The notes below the pieces were generated by a model, which was not told the DNA's origin, ran no database searches, and saw only the letters and a list, made by a program, of their open reading frames with translations. From an uncultured Candidatus Saccharibacteria bacterium (GTDB taxonomy: Bacteria; Patescibacteriota; Minisyncoccia; Phycocordibacterales; UBA9973), in assembly GCA_964481155.1 (NCBI GenBank), contig CAYZSX010000001.1, forward strand, positions 1-44,834: a stretch of 44,834 bases of DNA, in the 5' to 3' direction. Numbering within the stretch: position 1 is the first letter of the stretch; every line of letters begins with the position of its first letter. Positions 42,356 through 44,834 of the stretch are shown in pieces. The position numbers and the translations under genes were made by a program.

Positions 42356-43333
42356 ATGAATTCCACACATACTGGCGCAAAACGTCTCGTTTCAGGCGTC
42401 AAACCAACCGGACGTCCTCATATCGGCAACTACTTTGGTGCAATGAAGCAGTTTGTTGAGCTCCAGAACCAGTACGAGACATTTATATTTATCGCGGACC
42501 TCCATGCGCTCAACGTGATCCAGGACAGACAAGAGCTCGCCAAGCTCTCGCATGAACTCGTCCTCGACTACCTCGCAATCGGCCTCGATCCGCACAAAGT
42601 CGTGCTTTTTAAGCAGTCAGCAGTCCCGGCGCACACCCAGCTCACGTGGATCTTTGACACACTCGTCACCGTACCCTTTATGATGCGCGCACATGCGTAC
42701 AAAGACGCTGTTGCCAAAGACATCGAACCATCGATGGGACTTTTCAACTACCCGGTACTCATGGCATCTGACATCGTCCTCTACGATGCAGACGTCGTCC
42801 CGGTCGGCAAGGACCAGAAACAGCACATCGAGTACACCCGCGATATCGCAGGCAAATTCAACTTCCAGTACAGCGAACTCTTCAAGCTCCCAAACGAACT
42901 CATCCTCGAAGATGTCGCAACAGTACCCGGCACCGACGGGCAAAAGATGAGCAAAAGCTACGGCAACACGATACCACTGTTTGGTAGTGATCAAGAAATA
43001 GAAAAGGCAGTGATGAGTATCGCAACTGACTCACGAGGCAAAGACGAAGAAAAAAATCCTGATGATCTCATCTTGTATCAGATCCACAAACTCTTTGATG
43101 CAAGCGACGAGCTCAGAGCGCAGTACCGCCAAGGCCTCGGTTATGGTGACGCAAAGAAAATGCTCATCAAAGACATTATTGACTTCGTGACACCGATGCG
43201 TGAGCGCCGCAAACAGTACCAAGATAACCCCAAACTCGTCGAAGAAATCCTCCTCCAAGGCGCCATGAAAGCAAATGAAATTGCGATGAAGAAACTGACT
43301 GATGTGTATGAGGCAGTGGGGCTGACGGAGTAA
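42356..43333 (+). CDS. trpS: tryptophan--tRNA ligase
   Basis: SG.KPTG..HIGNY and KMSKS motifs. ATG 42356 lies 6 nt after TGGTACTAT. The track ORF starts at 42302. Confidence 0.92.
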   Translation: MNSTHTGAKRLVSGVKPTGRPHIGNYFGAMKQFVELQNQYETFIFIADLHALNVIQDRQELAKLSHELVLDYLAIGLDPHKVVLFKQSAVPAHTQLTWIFDTLVTVPFMMRAHAYKDAVAKDIEPSMGLFNYPVLMASDIVLYDADVVPVGKDQKQHIEYTRDIAGKFNFQYSELFKLPNELILEDVATVPGTDGQKMSKSYGNTIPLFGSDQEIEKAVMSIATDSRGKDEEKNPDDLILYQIHKLFDASDELRAQYRQGLGYGDAKKMLIKDIIDFVTPMRERRKQYQDNPKLVEEILLQGAMKANEIAMKKLTDVYEAVGLTE

Positions 43334-43368
43334 TGTTATGACCAGAAAATCTTTCTTGAAGAAAATAT

Positions 43369-44834
43369 ATGAACTTTTTAAACCGTTTTGGAAAAATATT
43401 GCATTACTGGTTTTTTTTACTCTTGATTGCACAAGGAATTGATACACTAAACCCGTATTTGTTTGGTAGAGGAGTAGACGCCGTTATCGGTGGCGATATC
43501 CGTGGCGCGTTTCAGTTTCTTTTGATCACATTTATTCTTGCGTTTATACAAACCCAGCCATTGCAATTTATAAAAGAATGGGTTGACGTTAATAAGCTCG
43601 ATACAAATATTGAACGCTCGCTTGCTCGGTACTCTCTTTCAAAAATGTTCGGGTTTTCTATTGGGCAACATATCAATGAGCACTCAGGAGTAAAGCAGAC
43701 AGTTGTCAATAAAGGATTAAATGCTTTATATAACCTGGTCAACAACTTTGTATATAATATTTTTCAAATTGTAGTACAGATTTTTGTTGTTTTAGTGATA
43801 CTTTTTATTTTTGACTGGAGACTTGGAGGGCTTGCGCTCTCTTTTGTGCTGACATATATACTGATTTCAAATCGTAGAAATAAAACTTTTTTTCCTAAAA
43901 TCGATATGATTCGAAAAAAGAATCAATCACAAGGAAAACTGGCCTCAGAATTGTACAGAAATTCAACTCTTGTTATTGCAGAAGGACAAGAAGAAAAAAC
44001 AGTAAAAGAGTTTGACAACCAATATTCAGATGTAAGCTCATTTACTATAAAAACATGGATGGATTATTTACGTGTTTTTTATCGAGACAAGATTATTATC
44101 TTAGTTGGCCGGTATGCAACTCTAGGACTCGGCATATATTTGATTATGCTCGGCGAACATTCTACTGGTATGTTTGTGACGTTTTATGCTTGGACACTCA
44201 CTATATTTGGCAACCTTACTAACCTTATGAACTCACAGAGGCAAATACTTTTTCAGGTTGTTGAAATACGTAAATACTTTGATCTTATTGATATCCAACC
44301 CGACATCAACCCAAACATTGACGGTAAAACAATCCCTGATCTCAAGGGTGAGATAGAGTTTAAAAAGGTTAGCTTTGCATACCCATATCGACAATCAGCT
44401 GAACAGATAGAGAACGAAGAAGAGTCAGAAGGTAACGAACTCGAGCACACCATCAGCAACATTAGCTTCACAATACCTGCTGGAGCAAAGGTTGGATTTG
44501 TCGGTGTCTCAGGATCAGGCAAAAGCACGATTGTAAACCTTATGCGTCGCTACTATGACGCAACTGAAGGTGAAATACTTATCGATGGTCAGCCACTTAA
44601 AGAGCTTGACCTCCACTGGCTCCGTTCTCAGATTGGAAATGTCGAGCAAAAAATTGATCTCTTTGACCGAAGCATTCGCGACAATATATTGTTTGGACTC
44701 CCTGCAGGCACAGAAGTCAGCGATGAGAAACTTCAGAAAGCTGTGGAAGATGCATCGCTCACTGACTTTATTGCCAAACTCAAAGACCACGGGCTCGACA
44801 CTGTCATCGGTGAGGGTGGCATCAAAGTCTCAGG
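43369..44834 (+). CDS. ABC exporter, fused permease and ATPase (MsbA/multidrug type), truncated by the window end; the 5' end is disrupted at a T8 tract
   Basis: My translation of this frame is open from ATG 43369 to the window end. It contains six-TM-type hydrophobic segments, then Walker A GVSGSGKST and the Q-loop region. It is not in the ORF track because it has no stop. A better N-terminus (MTRKSFLKKIYELFKPFWKNIALLVFF, ATG 43338) lies in another frame upstream of T8 (43411-43418). Confidence 0.85.
   Translation, partial: MNFLNRFGKILHYWFFLLLIAQGIDTLNPYLFGRGVDAVIGGDIRGAFQFLLITFILAFIQTQPLQFIKEWVDVNKLDTNIERSLARYSLSKMFGFSIGQHINEHSGVKQTVVNKGLNALYNLVNNFVYNIFQIVVQIFVVLVILFIFDWRLGGLALSFVLTYILISNRRNKTFFPKIDMIRKKNQSQGKLASELYRNSTLVIAEGQEEKTVKEFDNQYSDVSSFTIKTWMDYLRVFYRDKIIILVGRYATLGLGIYLIMLGEHSTGMFVTFYAWTLTIFGNLTNLMNSQRQILFQVVEIRKYFDLIDIQPDINPNIDGKTIPDLKGEIEFKKVSFAYPYRQSAEQIENEEESEGNELEHTISNISFTIPAGAKVGFVGVSGSGKSTIVNLMRRYYDATEGEILIDGQPLKELDLHWLRSQIGNVEQKIDLFDRSIRDNILFGLPAGTEVSDEKLQKAVEDASLTDFIAKLKDHGLDTVIGEGGIKVS

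Noticed and set aside
43410-43419. Programmed -1 ribosomal frameshift on the U-rich heptamer (U UUU UUU) in the ABC gene.
   Set aside because: The productive frame is +1, not -1; the -1 frame reads TAC TCT TGA and stops immediately. A +1 slip on the U-run is mechanistically conceivable, but there is no stimulatory rare or stop codon and no downstream structure that I can see. An indel is more parsimonious.
43338-43442. Alternative genetic code (TGA read as Gly or Trp, as in Gracilibacteria, SR1 or mycoplasmas) as the explanation for the in-frame TGA in the ABC gene.
   Set aside because: Reading through TGA 43440 gives a nonsense sequence followed by TAG and further stops. TGA functions as a genuine stop at mreB (7350-7352) and at the 26617 gene. 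All roughly 50 conserved genes are intact under code 11.

Overview
This is a gene-dense 44.8-kb chromosomal window from a small bacterial genome that uses the standard genetic code. TGA acts as a stop (for example at mreB, 7350-7352), and every conserved gene is intact under code 11. Core genes sampled by hand run about 50-55% GC. The compact or truncated housekeeping proteins suggest a Patescibacteria/CPR-like organism, but that is inference only.

I can support about 54 protein genes and one tRNA:
- tRNA-Ser(CGA), trxB, and the division and shape genes ftsZ, ftsA and mreB.
- ybeY, rpsU, a degenerate priA, a delta-prime-like clamp-loader subunit, frr, rseP, mltG, a DEDDh exonuclease, mnmA, mgtC and pepF.
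- alaS, then the infA-rpmJ-rpsM-rpsK-rpsD-rpoA-rplQ-rplM-rpsI cluster.
- grpE, a wHTH regulator, dnaK and dnaJ.
- lysS, speH, an EamA transporter, a standalone DUF2156 protein and an orphan histidine kinase.
- cysS-corA, rplU, recR-dnaB, trpS and a 3'-truncated ABC exporter.

I found no CRISPR array, rRNA, integrase or transposase.

The observations most worth a second look:
1. A -10 element (usually TGnTAnnnT) sits 6-9 nt before more than 20 start codons, and Shine-Dalgarno motifs are essentially absent. This implies pervasive leaderless transcription units.
2. A 25-codon polybasic micro-gene lies between dnaK and dnaJ with its own promoter and terminator.
3. A wHTH plus Cas2/PaaX-like regulator, together with an 11-bp perfect inverted repeat, occupies the place where hrcA/CIRCE is expected.
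4. A PilM-like ATPase and a large single-pass membrane protein sit directly upstream of infA.
5. A T8 tract splits the ABC exporter reading frame.
6. Further micro-ORFs and AT-rich insertions are present.

All functional calls come from motif reading by eye. No database search was run.
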